From the human T2T-CHM13v2.0 reference genome, Homo sapiens: a DNA stretch of 64,000 nucleotides. How positions within the stretch are numbered: position 1 is the first letter of the stretch; the number at the start of each line of letters is the position of its first letter. The notes under the pieces were generated by a model. It was not told the DNA's origin. It ran no database searches and saw only the letters and a list, made by a program, of their open reading frames with translations. The position numbers and the translations under genes are program-made. Positions 63,905 to 64,000 of the stretch are shown piece by piece. The DNA lies in assembly GCF_009914755.1 (NCBI RefSeq), contig NC_060928.1. The stretch is one strand, 5' to 3'.

Positions 63905-64000
63905 GGCCGGGCACAGTGGCTCATGCCTATAATCCTAGGACTTTGGGAAGCTGAGGCAGGTGGATCACGAGGTCAGGAGTTCAAGACCAGCCTGGCCAAC
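63905..64000 (+). mobile_element. Alu left arm cut by the window edge
   Basis: GGCCGGGCACAGTGGCTCATGCCT...GACCAGCCTGGCCAAC. Confidence 0.9.

Overview
This is human genomic DNA (primate Alu/LTR landscape plus an SVA whose SINE-R reads as the human-specific SVA_E type). It is one copy of the mosaic FAM86/ALG1L/ENPP7P/EVA1CP segmental-duplication family, and I cannot say which copy from sequence alone. From left to right: (1) the last three coding exons of a decayed ENPP7-like ectophosphodiesterase gene (+, 1863-11396); (2) a GC-rich promoter followed by an EEF2KMT/FAM86 pseudogene with exons 2-8 but no exon 1 (+, 17564-27457); (3) a 5'-truncated SVA with TSDs and a short 3' transduction in the FAM86 3' UTR (27684-30808); (4) a convergent ALG1-like partial duplicate, exons 6-13 (-, 31233-38411), with a recruited ATG exon about 9.5 kb upstream (47891-47910); (5) a repeat-rich spacer with THE1, MST, MLT1, MER45, LTR7, LTR5 and LTR27-like elements and a tailless U2 retrocopy; (6) one EVA1C-derived exon (63483-63636). 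No intact protein-coding gene, tRNA, rRNA or CRISPR array is present, and almost all ORFs in the supplied track are repeat-derived. The most interesting signals are the ENPP7-like relic, which looks like a lost paralog with its own transmembrane last exon rather than a copy of ENPP7; the SVA 3' transduction tag; and the rebuilt 5' end plus open frames of the ALG1-like copy. Parental protein and repeat-consensus comparisons are from memory, not from a search, and repeat boundaries are approximate.
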